Assembly: GCA_964016885.1 (NCBI GenBank)
Contig: OZ024741.1
Span: 162,626,001-162,690,000, forward strand
Reading direction: 5' to 3'
Source of the DNA: Eledone cirrhosa
Taxonomy: Eukaryota
Length of the DNA stretch: 64,000 bases
Below the pieces are notes generated by a model. The model was not told where the DNA came from, made no database searches, and saw only the letters and a list, made by a program, of their open reading frames with translations. The translations under genes were made by a program, and so were the position numbers. This document shows positions 1-15,677 of this stretch, piece after piece. How positions within the stretch are numbered: position 1 is the stretch's first letter; every line of letters starts with the position of its first letter.

Positions 1-127
1 AAGCATGAAAGTACTTGTTCAATTAACACTTAACATTTAATATTCTACTATACTGTTTCATTCTAATACCTTTATACATTTTAATGGATTGTAAATAAAA
101 CGAGTAAATCAGACAAAGTTGGAATTC

Positions 128-243
<116 letters not shown>

Positions 244-249
244 CATACA

Positions 250-796
250 TATTTAATTGTAAAAGACTATTTTCAGTTTCTAACTCAATCTATGATATTC
301 TAGGCTCCTTACGTAGAGCTAACTTTAGTCTTATAAACCCGGCTGCTATTCTTAGCGGCATGAGTACGAGACGTGATAGGCGCTGCGACATGTGCTTTTA
401 TATCAGCATATCGTTCAGTCTTCTTAGATCATTTGAAGTGAAAGGTACGAATTTTCTGGATACCCACTGAAGAGAACAGGAATTGTGGCTTTCACTTAAT
501 AATTCTTGCGGAACAGATTTAGGTCTGTCTGGGTATTAAAGGCTGTTTCCCGATATAGGTTTGTTGTTTTTATTCATTTATTACTTTAAATCGAGTCAGG
601 GAAACCATATTGTTTTTAAATTAGTATTTTTTCAACCTAGCTAACTTGGTCATTTGCAATTGGAACACATGTAAACTTGTATCTGTGTTCATCCCTCTCA
701 TATATCCAATTATATTACACGGCTCGGGGTGATTCCCTTCTTTAAGCTATTTAATTGTAAAAGACTATTTTGAGTTTCTAACTCAATCTATGATAT
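250..796 (+). mobile_element. 498-bp hammerhead-containing unit with ~48-bp terminal direct repeat (retrozyme/pLTR-like), TA-flanked
   Basis: tatttaattgtaaaagactatttt(c/g)agtttctaactcaatctatgatat occurs at 250 and again at 748. TA-rich microsatellite on both sides. Hammerhead at 459-537. Confidence 0.6.
459..537 (+). ncRNA. type I hammerhead ribozyme (GGAA core variant)
   Basis: Stem I taccca/tgggta; CTGAAGA 467-473; stem II caggaattgt/ataattcttg; GGAA instead of GAAA; stem III cagat/gtctg; TC cleavage site. Confidence 0.65.
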
Positions 797-926
797 ATAT
801 ATATATATACATATAAAGTATTCTGTCTCTTATATATTCCATGTGCCATTACCAACCTCAATTTTCTCTCTCTCTATATATATATATAAATTATTGTAAA
901 TGACCTCTCTGAGTCTAAACTCTAAG

Positions 927-1044
<118 letters not shown>

Positions 1045-1240
1045 GTATATATGTATATATATATGTATATATATATATATGTATATATGTATATATATAT
1101 GTATATATATATATATATGTATATATGTATATATATTCGTGTGCTCGGTAGGAGAGGGGAGATTGATATATATTCCATGTGCCATTACCAACCTCAATTT
1201 TCTCTATAACCTTCGTTTTGTGTAGTAAATTACACTTTTC

Positions 1241-1285
<45 letters not shown>

Positions 1286-1299
1286 GATATATATATATG

Positions 1300-1332
<33 letters not shown>

Positions 1333-1341
1333 GTATATATG

Positions 1342-1390
<49 letters not shown>

Positions 1391-2125
1391 CTACATATAT
1401 ACATATATATATATATATACATATATATACATACATATATATGTATATATATATTAGTTGTCTCCCCTTCCCGCTTCGTGTCGCTATGATACTTCCTCAG
1501 TCAAGAACTGCTGGAATTTCAAATTTGGCGGTCATTTGATGCGAGAAGGAGCAACTTAACAAACACGATTTTTGACTGCGGTAAGAATTTCTTTCTTATA
1601 TCAAAGTTTAATGGGCTTCCACTGATGATTTATAAGCACCCACCTAAATATATTCTTATATGAATATATATTAGGCTTCTACATAAACTGGAAATATTCT
1701 CCCAACTTGTAGAAAACTTATAATGAAACAATTGTTTGGAAAGAGAGATGTATTTTAACTTTAATTATATCTCATAAAATAATACAACTGGTTTTTCCAC
1801 ATTATACATATTGTTAGCACCCCAAACACTTAAATTGGGTTTATATTTAAATATAACCCAATGTTTGTTGAGTGAGATGGATACCAGTCAAAGTTTAGCT
1901 TTAAACTATCTCTGTTATTGTATTAAATATATATACATATATATGTATATATATATATATAAATATATATATATACAATATATATATACATAATATTCTA
2001 CCATACTATTTCATTCTAATACCATTATACATTTTAAAGGATTGTAAATAAAACAAAGTAAATCAGACAAAGTTGGAATTCCTTTTATTAATATAATCTT
2101 CTATACACAATCATACACACCCTTG

Positions 2126-2164
<39 letters not shown>

Positions 2165-2205
2165 ATATATGCATATACATATATGTATATATATATATAT
2201 GTATG

Positions 2206-2236
<31 letters not shown>

Positions 2237-2251
2237 GTGTGTGTATATATG

Positions 2252-2336
<85 letters not shown>

Positions 2337-2341
2337 GTATA

Positions 2342-2396
<55 letters not shown>

Positions 2397-2409
2397 GTAT
2401 ATATATGTG

Positions 2410-2490
<81 letters not shown>

Positions 2491-2502
2491 GTATATATAT
2501 AC

Positions 2503-2533
<31 letters not shown>

Positions 2534-2550
2534 CATATATATATATATAC

Positions 2551-2613
<63 letters not shown>

Positions 2614-2696
2614 CATATATACATATATATATATACATATATATATACATATATACACACATATATATACATATATATATATATATGTACATATAT

Positions 2697-2767
<71 letters not shown>

Positions 2768-2789
2768 CATATATATATATATATACACA

Positions 2790-2965
2790 TTTTGTTCAAC
2801 ACTGACAGAGGAACGATGTACTAGTTTCAAGCTTATTAGCTATCGTAAACAAACCGAACATTATAATAAATGTTCGGTAAACCGATACGTGCATATATAT
2901 ATATGAGTGCATGTATATATATGCATACTACTGTACGTCTGTATACATATATGTATGTACGTATA
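2790..2965. mobile_element. short inverted fragment pair of the 424-bp retrozyme family
   Basis: 2790-2846 matches the unit on the minus strand (gtactagtttcaagcttattagctatcgt, partial hammerhead). It then switches to plus-strand unit sequence (ccgaacattataataaatgttcgg...ctactgtacgtctgtatac). Confidence 0.8.
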
Positions 2966-3005
2966 CATATATATATATATGTATATATATATGTATATAT
3001 ATACG

Positions 3006-3036
<31 letters not shown>

Positions 3037-3089
3037 GTATATATATATATATATGTATGTATATATATATGTATATATGTATATGTATA

Positions 3090-3136
<47 letters not shown>

Positions 3137-3201
3137 GTATATATATATGTATATATATATATGTATGTATATATATGTATATATACACATATATATACAT
3201 A

Positions 3202-3232
<31 letters not shown>

Positions 3233-3285
3233 ATGTATATATATATGTATATATATATATGTATATATATATATGTATATATATG

Positions 3286-3378
<93 letters not shown>

Positions 3379-3417
3379 GTATATATATATATGTATATAT
3401 ATATATGAATATATATG

Positions 3418-3448
<31 letters not shown>

Positions 3449-3521
3449 GTATATATATATAAATATATATGTATATATATGTATATATATGTAAATATAT
3501 GTATATATGTATATATATATG

Positions 3522-3568
<47 letters not shown>

Positions 3569-3613
3569 GAATATATATCTATATATATGTATACATATAT
3601 GTAAATATATATG

Positions 3614-3646
<33 letters not shown>

Positions 3647-3805
3647 GAATATATATGTATATATATGTAAATATATACGTATATATATATATATATGTAT
3701 ACATATATATGTATATATATGTATATATATATATGTATATATATGTATATATATATATGTATATATATATGTATATATATGTATATATATATATGTATAT
3801 ATATG

Positions 3806-3870
<65 letters not shown>

Positions 3871-3902
3871 GTATATATATATGTATATACATATATATAT
3901 GT

Positions 3903-3936
<34 letters not shown>

Positions 3937-4044
3937 GTATATATATGTAAATGTATATATATGTATATATATATATGTATATATATGTATATATATATAT
4001 GTATGTCTATATATGTATATACATATATGTACATATATGTATAT

Positions 4045-4102
<58 letters not shown>

Positions 4103-4215
4103 GTATGTATATATATGTATATATATATGTATGTATATATATGTATATATATATGTATATATATATATGTATATATATGTATATATATATATATGTATGT
4201 ATGTATATATATATA

Positions 4216-4410
4216 GGTATCTGAGTGAGTTGACATTGCACTCAGTGCTCCTTTGGGAGCCCTTACATGGACATACTAGAAGAGGAAGACCAAGGTTAAC
4301 GTATGTTGATGCCCTAAGGACAGACGCAGGACATGGCAGCGATAATGAGGGACAGAGACCGCTGGAGAGAACTCGTCCATGGATCTCGGAAATTTTACCC
4401 GCCTTAGATA
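4216..4410 (+). mobile_element. 3' fragment of an RTE/RTE-X-type LINE
   Basis: Translates as [30 protein letters not shown], the RRGRP C-terminal motif typical of RTE-group ORFs. Ends in a (TAGA)n tail. Confidence 0.7.
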
Positions 4411-4776
4411 GATAGATATATAGGTATGTAAATATATATGTATATATATATATATATGTATGTATATATATCTACATATATATATGTATGTATAAGTATA
4501 TATATATATATGTATGTATATATATATATGTACATATATATATGTATGTATATGTATATATATATATGTATATCTATATATATATGTATATATATATATA
4601 TGTATATATATGTATGTATACATATGTATATATATATATGTATGTATACATATGTATATATATATATATGTATATATATGTATGTATACATATGTATGTA
4701 TATATATGTATATATATGAGTATGTATATATATATGTATGTATATATATATGTATATGTATGTATATATATACATG

Positions 4777-4865
<89 letters not shown>

Positions 4866-4867
<2 letters not shown>

Positions 4868-5805
4868 GAATAACCCGTCTCTCCAGTTTACAAAAGAGAT
4901 TTGTAGTACCAAATTACCATTCCTAGATATAATGGTAATCAAAAACGACACCACCATTACCACGTATATATACTATAAACACACAGACACCCATCGACAT
5001 CTGAATTTTAAGTCGTGCCATCCACCTCATGCAAAACGCAATATCCCATTCTGCCTTGCCAGAAGAATTTTTATCATTGTAGAAGATACGAATACCAGGA
5101 ACAAACGCCCAACAGAACAGAGAATTTTTGCTCAAACAAAGATACCCATCTCTACTTATAGAAAATGGCATACAGCGGACCATAAAAAAACCTATAAAAC
5201 AACTTAAGACAACCCAAGGAAGAAGAAACCAAGAACTGGTCATACCAATTATAATGACACACAACCTATGTCACCAGAATATATTCAACACTGCCAAAGC
5301 AAATCTACCGGTCATTACTCAAAGTAATGAATTAAAAGGTTTAATCACAGACCGAGCTTTGATTCTTAGTAAAAGACAGCCGAAAAATTTGAAGCAATTA
5401 TTAACAAAAGCAAAGTTTGACCTGAACAACAAAGACCAATCATTCACTGTATCTAAATGCAATGATAGTCGATGTGGCACATGTCAGTTCATACATACTG
5501 GTCAATATATGAACACAAAAACTGGAACAAATTCCCAAATGCAAATATGAAATGCAAAAGCAGAAATCTAATTTACTGCATTAAATGCCCGAATTGTGAA
5601 GAACTATATGTCGGTCAAACTGGAAATGCACTATCGGAACGTGCACGGGTGCACCGACAGCAAATCAGAGACCCAAATGTCCGTCAGATGCCCCTGAGTA
5701 ACCATCTAGCAACATGTGGTCAGAAAATATTTATAATATTTCCATTCTACAAACTGTACAACCCAAGTGAAATCAAGAGAAAAATTAGAGAAAAGAATTT
5801 TATTT
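4866..5805 (+). mobile_element. decayed Penelope-like element, RT C-terminus + GIY-YIG endonuclease (Neptune-like)
   Basis: Frameshifted peptides [48 protein letters not shown] and CKSRNLIYCIKCPNCEELYVGQTGNALSER. Confidence 0.9.
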
Positions 5806-6725
5806 AAGGCCAATAGAATAAACTCATGGTATGATAGCAATAAATACCAGAGTGTAATGTTCATCAATACAACCCCTAGAGGCGAACTAGCCTACAAATT
5901 TAGAAGGGCCCTAAATAAACATAAACTCAATATTAAGATAGTAGAAAGACCAGGTACCTCCGTAAAAACACTTATTAGCAAGACATACCCGTTCCAAAGA
6001 CCCTCATGTATAGATAAGAAATGTATAACCTGTAAAATAAGCCCCCATATTAACTGTAAAACTAGAAATGTAGTGTATAGCATAAGATGTACTGAAGGAC
6101 AATGTAGAAACAAAAATATAGTGTACATAGGTGAGACAGCTCGTAGTATAGGGGAACGAATAAATGAACACTAGCGAGACCTTCAAGATAATAAAGAATC
6201 ATCTGTGCTCTACCAACATGCTAAGATAGAGCACAAGGGTAAATTAGAGAACATAGAAATAAAAATAGAATCCACACACAGAAAAGATGCAATGTTTAGG
6301 CAAATTGCAGAGGCAGTAAGCATAAAAGAATTACAACCAAAATTAAATAGAAAATATGAGTGGAACAGCAACATCACAACTTACAATTAAGGACAAAATG
6401 AAAACACACACACACATAGAACAAACAACCAACCAACAACATGTAAATAAATAAATAAATAAATAAACAAATAGATAAATGAACACAAACACATACAGAC
6501 ACCCGGATGTGGAGCATGCGCAAACTGAGCACACAACACACACACAGAAACAAAATGGCGTAGGACAGAAGAAAGGAAAGGCACAGAAACAAGGAAAGGA
6601 ATCCCCAGTCACTGAAGAGGTCACAGAGTGTGTGACGAAAGGACTATGACTATATATATAAACAACTATCTGGTTGTGGAACCAACCAACCAACCAGAAA
6701 TTTATAAGTTTGTAGATTTGTAAAT
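5806..6725 (+). mobile_element. second PLE 3' end (GIY-YIG + 3' pLTR) abutting the first
   Basis: KIVERPGTSVK..CIDKKCITC..CKTRNVVYSIRC..VYIGETARSIGERINEH, then an in-frame stop, then RQIAEAVSIKELQPKLNRKYEW. Hammerhead downstream. Confidence 0.88.
6607..6651 (+). ncRNA. minimal type I hammerhead ribozyme in PLE 3' region
   Basis: agtca CTGAAGA g gtcaca-gagtg-tgtgac GAAA ggac TA tgact. Stems I and II pair perfectly. Confidence 0.8.
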
Positions 6726-6800
6726 TTATAAATTTATAAATTGAAGTGAAAGCAACTGGTGCGTGTGTTTCTTATTGGCAACATGACCCTCCCAAAGTAT

Positions 6801-8253
<1,453 letters not shown>

Positions 8254-8600
8254 CCATGCTTTGCAGCATAGAGTTACGGCCATTTACGGCCTGAATTCAA
8301 ATCCCGCCGAGGTTAGCTTTGCACTGGGGTCGACTTAAATGACTTTCCCCTCCCCCAAAATTGCTGGCTTTGGGCCTAAAGTAGAAATCATTATTTATTG
8401 ATTATTTATTTTGGTTACGTGTTACTTTTATATTTTTGACGGTGATTCGCTTCATATAAAATTCTGAGTTGGATTCCACTGTTTGGTATCATGAGCAACT
8501 GTCTTTACAGTAGCTGATCCGCTTGTATGCTCACTTCCATTTGTTCTAACAACTGGGTCACTCGTCGTCGAAATCAACGGAGATCCAATATCACACACAG

Positions 8601-8701
<101 letters not shown>

Positions 8702-9799
8702 TTCAGTATTTCTAAATATTGTAAAGACAGTTTGTTTATTTAATGAAGGCGTACTGAAAGGCAAAATTGATCTCCTTGGGATTTTGAACTCAGAACGTAG
8801 AAAGTCGTTACTATATACCGCAAATCATTTTGTCAGACGCTCTACTGACACTGCCAATCCACCGCCCATGACAACACGATAATAACCCCCCCCCCCAAAA
8901 AAAAAAACTGTTTAGAATTTTGAGACATACTCTAAATTCACGTCTAATGTACATATATGTATGTGGTGCGTATAAGCATTTCCCGCCAATCAACCCCTTA
9001 CACATTTGGTCAGTACTAGGCTATAATAAAATACACAAGGATAGAATGACGTAAATTAGGATCGAACCAAGAACCACTAAGTAACAAAGTGAGCTTTCTA
9101 ACCACACAGCCATGCCTGTGACATGGGTGTAAAATGGATTAATGTCTTAGGGAAAAAAAGAAAAAAAATATTTTTATATTTGGGGAGGATCATGTTTTTC
9201 CTATTATTGCTAGAAAAAAATAGTAAAATACAGTTAGAGTTTGGTATAGTTTTCGCTTCAGTATATTTTTATATTTCTATAAATAATTTAGTTGGTAATC
9301 AATGTTTATCGTTGACTGACCAACAGTTAAAAATATAAATATATAGTTTCTCATAAATCTTTCGTCAAACATATTTGTTTGTCTTAGTGTTACATATATT
9401 AAAAACTATTAGTAAGTATACTCTGATAATTAAACCCACAGATTAGCCTTTTTTTAAAAATAAAAATAAAATAAAGCACAATTATAATTGATATTTAGTA
9501 AATAAATTTGATAACTTCCATTCAAAATTAGATTATCCCCTCCCGCTCCCTAAATAGAAGGGACGCAACTTTAATATTAGCAATAGTTACGTCCCTTGTA
9601 TTATTAAAACGACAATGTTTACATTTTATTGTTATTACTGCAAGTATTTTACTGATCCCAAGGAAATAAAAGGCAAAATCGAATATGGTGCGATTTAAAT
9701 TGATAAAATAGAGGGCAAAACTAAAAATATTATCATTGTTTCGTTTTAACCAACTTACAACTCTCATGTGAAAGACAATTGCTAAGGCCATAAAAAATG

Positions 9800-10280
9800 T
9801 TCCACCGAGGTTAACTTTGCCTTTCATCCTTACGAGGTCGATAAAATAAAGTACCAGTTATGCACTGGGGTATTGCTGGCCTTGTGCCAACAGTAGAAAC
9901 AATTATTACCAGAGAGTTACGGCCCTTTATGATCTGAGTTCAAATCCCGCCGAGGTTAACTTTGCCTTTTATCCTTACGGGGTCGATAAAATAAACTATC
10001 AGTCAGGCACTGGGGTCGATTTAATTGACTTTCCCCTCCTCCCAAATTATGGGCCTTGTGTCTATATAAAAAAAACCCCCATTATTACCAGTGGATTGGC
10101 AGTATCGGTAGAGGGTCGGACGCCATGCTTTGCAGCATAGAGTTACGGCTCTTTACGATCTGAGTTCAAATGCCACCGAGGTTAACTATACTTTTCATTT
10201 TTACGGGGTCGATAAAATATAGCAACAGTAATACATTGGGATAATTGCTGGCCTTATGCCAAAAGTAGAAACAATTATTA
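9800..10280 (+). mobile_element. three tandem copies (two 5'-truncated) of a tRNA-derived SINE
   Basis: A-box-like tggcagtatcgg and B-box gagttcaaat(c/g)cc. Body ctttcatccttacggggtcgataaaataaagtaccag, tail gaaacaattatta. Confidence 0.85.
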
Positions 10281-10509
10281 CCGGCTGGCACCGACGTGGC
10301 TCACAACCACAATCTTTTGGATTCGATTCTTGTACGAAGAGATTTATGTAAATGTTTCATACTGCAACCTTGGGATGAGCAATGCATGGTGACTACTACG
10401 CCTGTAATGTTGAAACTCCTGATGTAGACAGGAATATGTTCTTTCACTACTAAATTACGGTCAACGGAGCCTATGACGTCAATCAACAATAAATAAATAT
10501 AATGACGTC

Positions 10510-10599
10510 TCTTCTTCTTCTTCTTCTTCTTCTTCTTCTTCTTCTTCTTCTTCTTCTTCTTCTTCTTCTTCTTCTTCTTCTTCTTCTTCTTCTTCTTCT
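10510..10599. repeat. (CTT)n microsatellite
   Basis: Direct reading. A second (CTT)n tract lies at 28722-28850. Confidence 0.95.
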
Positions 10600-12544
10600 G
10601 TCGTTCGTTTCTGTGATAATTTTGACCAATGAAGGTAAAGTTGCTATACGCGCCTTCCACCCCTCCTTCCTTTTCAACACTGACCTAGCATTAAGTAACC
10701 TTAGATAGGGACTTATTTCTGGAATCGTCAGCTGGAGTCAGCTATGACTCAAATCGTTCCACTCTACTTTTAAAGCGACACTAGTTGTAGTAAAACACTG
10801 GGAAGGTTGAAGTACTTTTGATCGTAGGTTTGCCATTCAAGTTTAACTTTGAGCTAAACAACAACTAACCAATATGTTTTCCAAATGCTAGAGTGGTTTG
10901 AGTCATAGACTCAGCTGGTTCCGACTGACAGTTCCTGAAATAAGGCCTTATCGCGTGACAATTAGAGGATATAGACAAAGGATGTTACGAGCATGGCAGG
11001 AAATAGGGCTCTTTGAATCAACTAAACAGAGGATGGTTTAGTGATTAATGGTCCAGGATAAAAAGAAGCACTAGGTTTTTGTTGGAAAAGAGAGCCACAA
11101 GCAGAGGGATATTTTTGGATTAAGCAATAGGCGCATTCACTGGATTCATTACGCATGTTACAATATGTATGTGTTTGTGCGTGTGTGTGTGTGTGTGGGG
11201 AGGGGAGGGGGGAGGAGAAACGGAGGAAGTGGCAGTGGGAGTTTGGTTCCTTTGTGTTCGGACCTGGTGTATATGTATATGTTTCACGGATACACTCTCA
11301 CTGAGATTGATGTATATATAAAACATGTGTATATAATTACACATGTACATAAATATATACATACACACAAACAGTTACACACACATACATCTAAATTCAC
11401 ATAAATTGTTTACCCAAATCCCCTACCCCGATTATTTCGTAGTCACTGTAGGATAGAGTGATTAATTTTTATTAATGAAATATTGTCAGCAGTGACTGTT
11501 TGTCGTAATGATTTCAATTGTTATCGTCTGTTATTTTCGTTGTGTATTCCCATAGAAAGACGGTTGAAATGAAATGGGTAAAGAAAGGAAAGAGAATAGC
11601 GGTTAGAATGGAATTGATAAGAAAGTTGAGGAGAATCTGAAGCCAGGTTAACAAAGAGAAATTTAGATTTAGCTGCAGACGAAATAGAAAATAATAAATA
11701 TTCATTTTTGGGGAGGGTCATATTGTCCTAATATTGCCAAAAAAATATAGTAAAACACCCACTACTATTTGGTTTGGTTTTCGCTTCAGTATATCTTTAT
11801 ATTTCTATAAATAATTTAGCTGGCAATCAATGTTTATCATTGAATGACCAACAGTTAAAAATATAAATATGAATATAGTTTCTCAAAGTTCTTTCGCCAC
11901 ACATACATCGCTAATAAATATTTAGCTTAGCAAGAAAAGAATAAAAGAATATGGGATGAAAGAAATAACGGAAAAAAGAAACTGTTGTGAAATGGAAGAG
12001 TGAGGGAAAATGTAGGGTAAAAAGCGAAAGCTGAGAGAGAATTGACAACCAACAAACTTGACCTTATTACATAACCATCTCAAAGGTAATTGAAGAATGA
12101 TACGGTTTGAATAACTTCCCTTGTTTAGAATTATTTCCCTTAGATAACAATTGCATATTTTCAACCCTCGTTTATAACGGATATTCTGTGACGCAAGTAG
12201 AGTTAAAGTTATTTATTTTAAATAGAAACACTGTAAATTTGTTTCTATGACGTAATAATAGTTAGATTCTCTTCCTCTATCTTGTGTTAAAACGAACGGG
12301 AGGAGTCGTGCATTTCGGCTGTGCCTCTACAGCTTCATTAAACTTTGAGAAAGTTATAAACACACACAATGTTAGGAGGAATTATTTCAGATCTTCATTG
12401 ATTCATCAGACTTCATCATTGGTATTTATTTAAATTTATTCATCATTTTCAGTGTTTTTTTTTCTTGTACCGTTATAGATATACATTTCCAGCATTTTAA
12501 ATAGATTACCATTTTTAAAATATAAAATTTGAAATTTTAATATA

Positions 12545-12758
12545 ACGGTTTCTTATATAAGCACAAGGCTAGCAATTTTTGGGGAGGGGGAAAGTCAATT
12601 AAATTGACCCCAGTACGTGACTGGTACTTTATTTTATCGACCTCGTAAGGATGAAAGGCAAAGCTAACCTCGGCGGGATTTGAACTCAGATCAAAAGAGC
12701 CGTAACTCTATGCTGCAAAGCATGGCGTCCGACTCTCTACCGATACTGCCAATCCATA
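12545..12758 (-). mobile_element. tRNA-derived SINE, near full length
   Basis: Reverse complement of the same SINE consensus, with A and B boxes. Confidence 0.85.
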
Positions 12759-13290
12759 ATGCGACATTTTGGTCTGTGATTTTTTTTACTGTGACTATTT
12801 ATCCAGTGACACTTTATCTTGTATTCACATTCTACAATTGTCACCAGATGTATTAGTTCTGGATGTGTGTATATGGCTTGGATGGCGCAGGCTTCCTTTC
12901 CTAGCTCGAGCCAGCGGGGCCGGACCAGGGGGACGACAAAAGACCAGGCGACATGACAATCTTTCCATTCCGCGGAGGTAGGCCCCCGTATTTGGGGGTG
13001 ACACTATATGCTGTGACACCGTCTCTAGTGGCAACCTGGTGCGTTTGGATACTGGCCCAGGCTTCGCTGCTCGCCAGGCAAACTGTCCAAGTATCGACCG
13101 CTCTCTGATAGATTTGTGTAGAGCCTGTATTCTCTATCCTGTCGGTCAGGACCATGAGGTTGAGGGTAAGATATTTGGAGGCGGAGGATACTAGTTCGGA
13201 CGTCACACACACACACACAAACACACACACATACACACACAAACATACACGCAGACACATACATACACACATACACAGGTAAATTTTTAT

Positions 13291-13433
13291 TATTACACCC
13301 ATCTCCGAGATGGGTATTATGAATTTCGTTGGTCGGGAAACCACGGAAAACGAACAATTTATGACGTTCAAAACCACCGACTATTCTATCCTATATATAT
13401 ATTCTTACAACTCTCTTGGAGATGGGTGTAATA
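13291..13433. mobile_element. small inverted-repeat element (MITE or Helentron/DINE-like)
   Basis: tattacacccatctccgaga ... tcttggagatgggtgtaata is a 20-bp inverted repeat. The left repeat also forms a local hairpin, and the target is T-rich. Confidence 0.55.
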
Positions 13434-14274
13434 AAGTTTGTTTATACCAGTAATTCAAAGGATCATCGTTGTCACAAACTGTGTCACTCAGAATCTCCCT
13501 GAGAATTTCGCTAAAATCAACTCATATTTATATTATGTGCAGGTTGTTTCATTGATCGAAAAACTGGAAGACTCATCGTCGAATTCTATCGTATCATATC
13601 GCCACGATACCTTGTTGATTAATTGAGCGGAATAAGACTTGGGTCGGCAGAAGCAGCAAACTAAATCACATGTAACTAATAAATAACGATTTATAATTTA
13701 GGTACATGACTAGCAATTTAGGGGACGAGAAGTCGATTAGGTTGACTCCAGTACTGGTACTTTATTTTACCCACCTCAAAAAGTTGACCCCAGCAGGATT
13801 TAACAAGTATCTAATAGATATGATGATATACCAGTCTTAGACAACAGAATGAGATAATTTTAATCTCGTTGTTTGAATAAAAGATTAGATTCGAAATTCT
13901 GAGAATGTTAGCGAATATAACAAATAGCTGAAGATATACCGGCTGGGTATACCGGCTCGAGAGGTTGGGATTTTAACAACCAAGATCAGAATACTAGCCC
14001 GAATAAATCGCTGTATATTAATAATTCCTCATTTTAGAAATTCATAAAGTCTTAAATAAATCAAGTGTACATTGAATACCATGTCTAAAAAATGACGGCT
14101 AGATGTTTAATGCTTTTATTTAATTTAAATCTTTAGATACCCACCAGGCTGATATCGCCTCCGGTGAAATGATATAAAACTATCCGCTCTAAAGAGGTTA
14201 TGCTTATATTAAAAGCTTCCAATATAACTTTATGTAAGAACCTTTGTTAAGTAATGTTCCGATTACCATCTTAA

Positions 14275-14485
14275 TAACTGTTTCTACTTTTGGCACAAAG
14301 CCAGCAATTAGAGGGAAAGCAGAAGTCCATTAATTCAACTGCAGTGCGTTACCTACCTTTTATTTTATCGACCCCTTAAAGATGAATGGCAAAGCTAACC
14401 TAGATGGGATTTGAACATAAAGGGCAGTAACTCTATGCTGAAAAGTATGTCATCCAACGTTCTACAGATACTCCCAATCCACCAC
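14275..14485 (-). mobile_element. diverged tRNA-derived SINE
   Basis: Similar to the SINE consensus on the minus strand. Confidence 0.7.
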
Positions 14486-14609
14486 CATCACACCATTTTA
14501 ATAACAAAGTTAGTTATCTTGCTAAATTCTTCCGATTATTATTATTGTTTTCAAAATTACTTGAAACGTATTGGTGGCGCATTTCATCAGAAATAAGGTA
14601 ACAAATGGG

Positions 14610-14940
14610 TCAATAGTTTAGTATGGAGGAAGGGATTGTTCTCATGGTTTTCACAGGTCCTCCAAGATCGGCGAGATCGACGTCGTTATTGTTCTTCTCG
14701 AACAGCTGTAAGTCTATGTCTGAAGGGGCAAGGCTGGAATTACAGAGAACTAATTTTCTAGAAGAATAATTAGGAATAGTAGTTAGGGTGGAACCTAAAG
14801 GAATGAACACAGTAAGAGTGATGAGAAGGGTAGAAACGTATGGGTCTGGGATGAGTTCAATCAGTTCCGTGGAACAGAGACAATCGTAGTTGCGGAAGGA
14901 AAAGGCAGAGAGAAGTGATAACACATATTTAGGCCTAAAG
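14610..14940 (-). mobile_element. old CR1/L2-group LINE 3' fragment
   Basis: Degenerate peptide LSLLSAFSFRNYDCLCSTELIELIP...PSDIDLQLFEKNNN resembles C-termini of this group, from recollection. Confidence 0.45.
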
Positions 14941-15004
14941 CAGGATGTATTTGTAAGTAGATTTCATTATTATCAATCGTGCCTCTTTTCTGTGATCTAG
15001 GATG

Positions 15005-15115
15005 TTTGTGGTTAGGATGTTGAACTCACAATCATAAAGTCGTGGGTTTCATCTCAGACCGGCTAGTGCATTGTGTCCTTGAGCAAGTCACTTCATTCTA
15101 CACTGCTCTAATCTA
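15005..15115 (+). mobile_element. CORE-type tRNA SINE remnant
   Basis: tRNA-like head followed by ttgtgtccttgagcaagtcactt, a CORE-like motif. Confidence 0.55.
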
Positions 15116-15645
15116 TTTGGCTGAAAATAAATAGATGCTAGCACCACCAGCGGCTGGGAGTTTACTCTTCGCATGACTGATGTCTCGTCTAGATAGGAAT
15201 CTTGTACACTCAGTTGCTTGACGCCAAGGAAACCGGGATAAACATCTGGGCTTGGGGACATACTAAAACAAATTAGTCGTGTGGCCCTTTTCTGGTTAAG
15301 GTTTAAGATATACAATAACAGTACTATCCCAGATGTGAGAGCAGTATTTCTTTGATCATAAGAGCCGTTACTTTGAGATAATCAACAGCAACAACATAGA
15401 AATAAATCTAGACATCATGAAACCTCTATGTGGTCGCTCGCCCGACTTGCTAGAAATAATAGCCAAATCATCACCTCACACCTTGCCACTTAAAAAAAGG
15501 AAAAGAAAAAGTTACATTAGATAATGTAGTCTTAGATATACTATATTTGAAAATAAGATAAGAGAGTCATGCCTGGAACGCTGTAATCAGGGCTGATCTG
15601 GAATTATAAACCACCAACATTAACACATCATAAGACACCACCACC

Positions 15646-15677
<32 letters not shown>

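Noticed and set aside
1610-1680. ctgatga..tataag/cttata..gaatatatatt hammerhead-like motif
   Set aside because: The core is incomplete and stem I is unpaired.
9800-10280. Possible tRNA genes
   Set aside because: The A/B boxes belong to multi-copy SINE heads with no cloverleaf.
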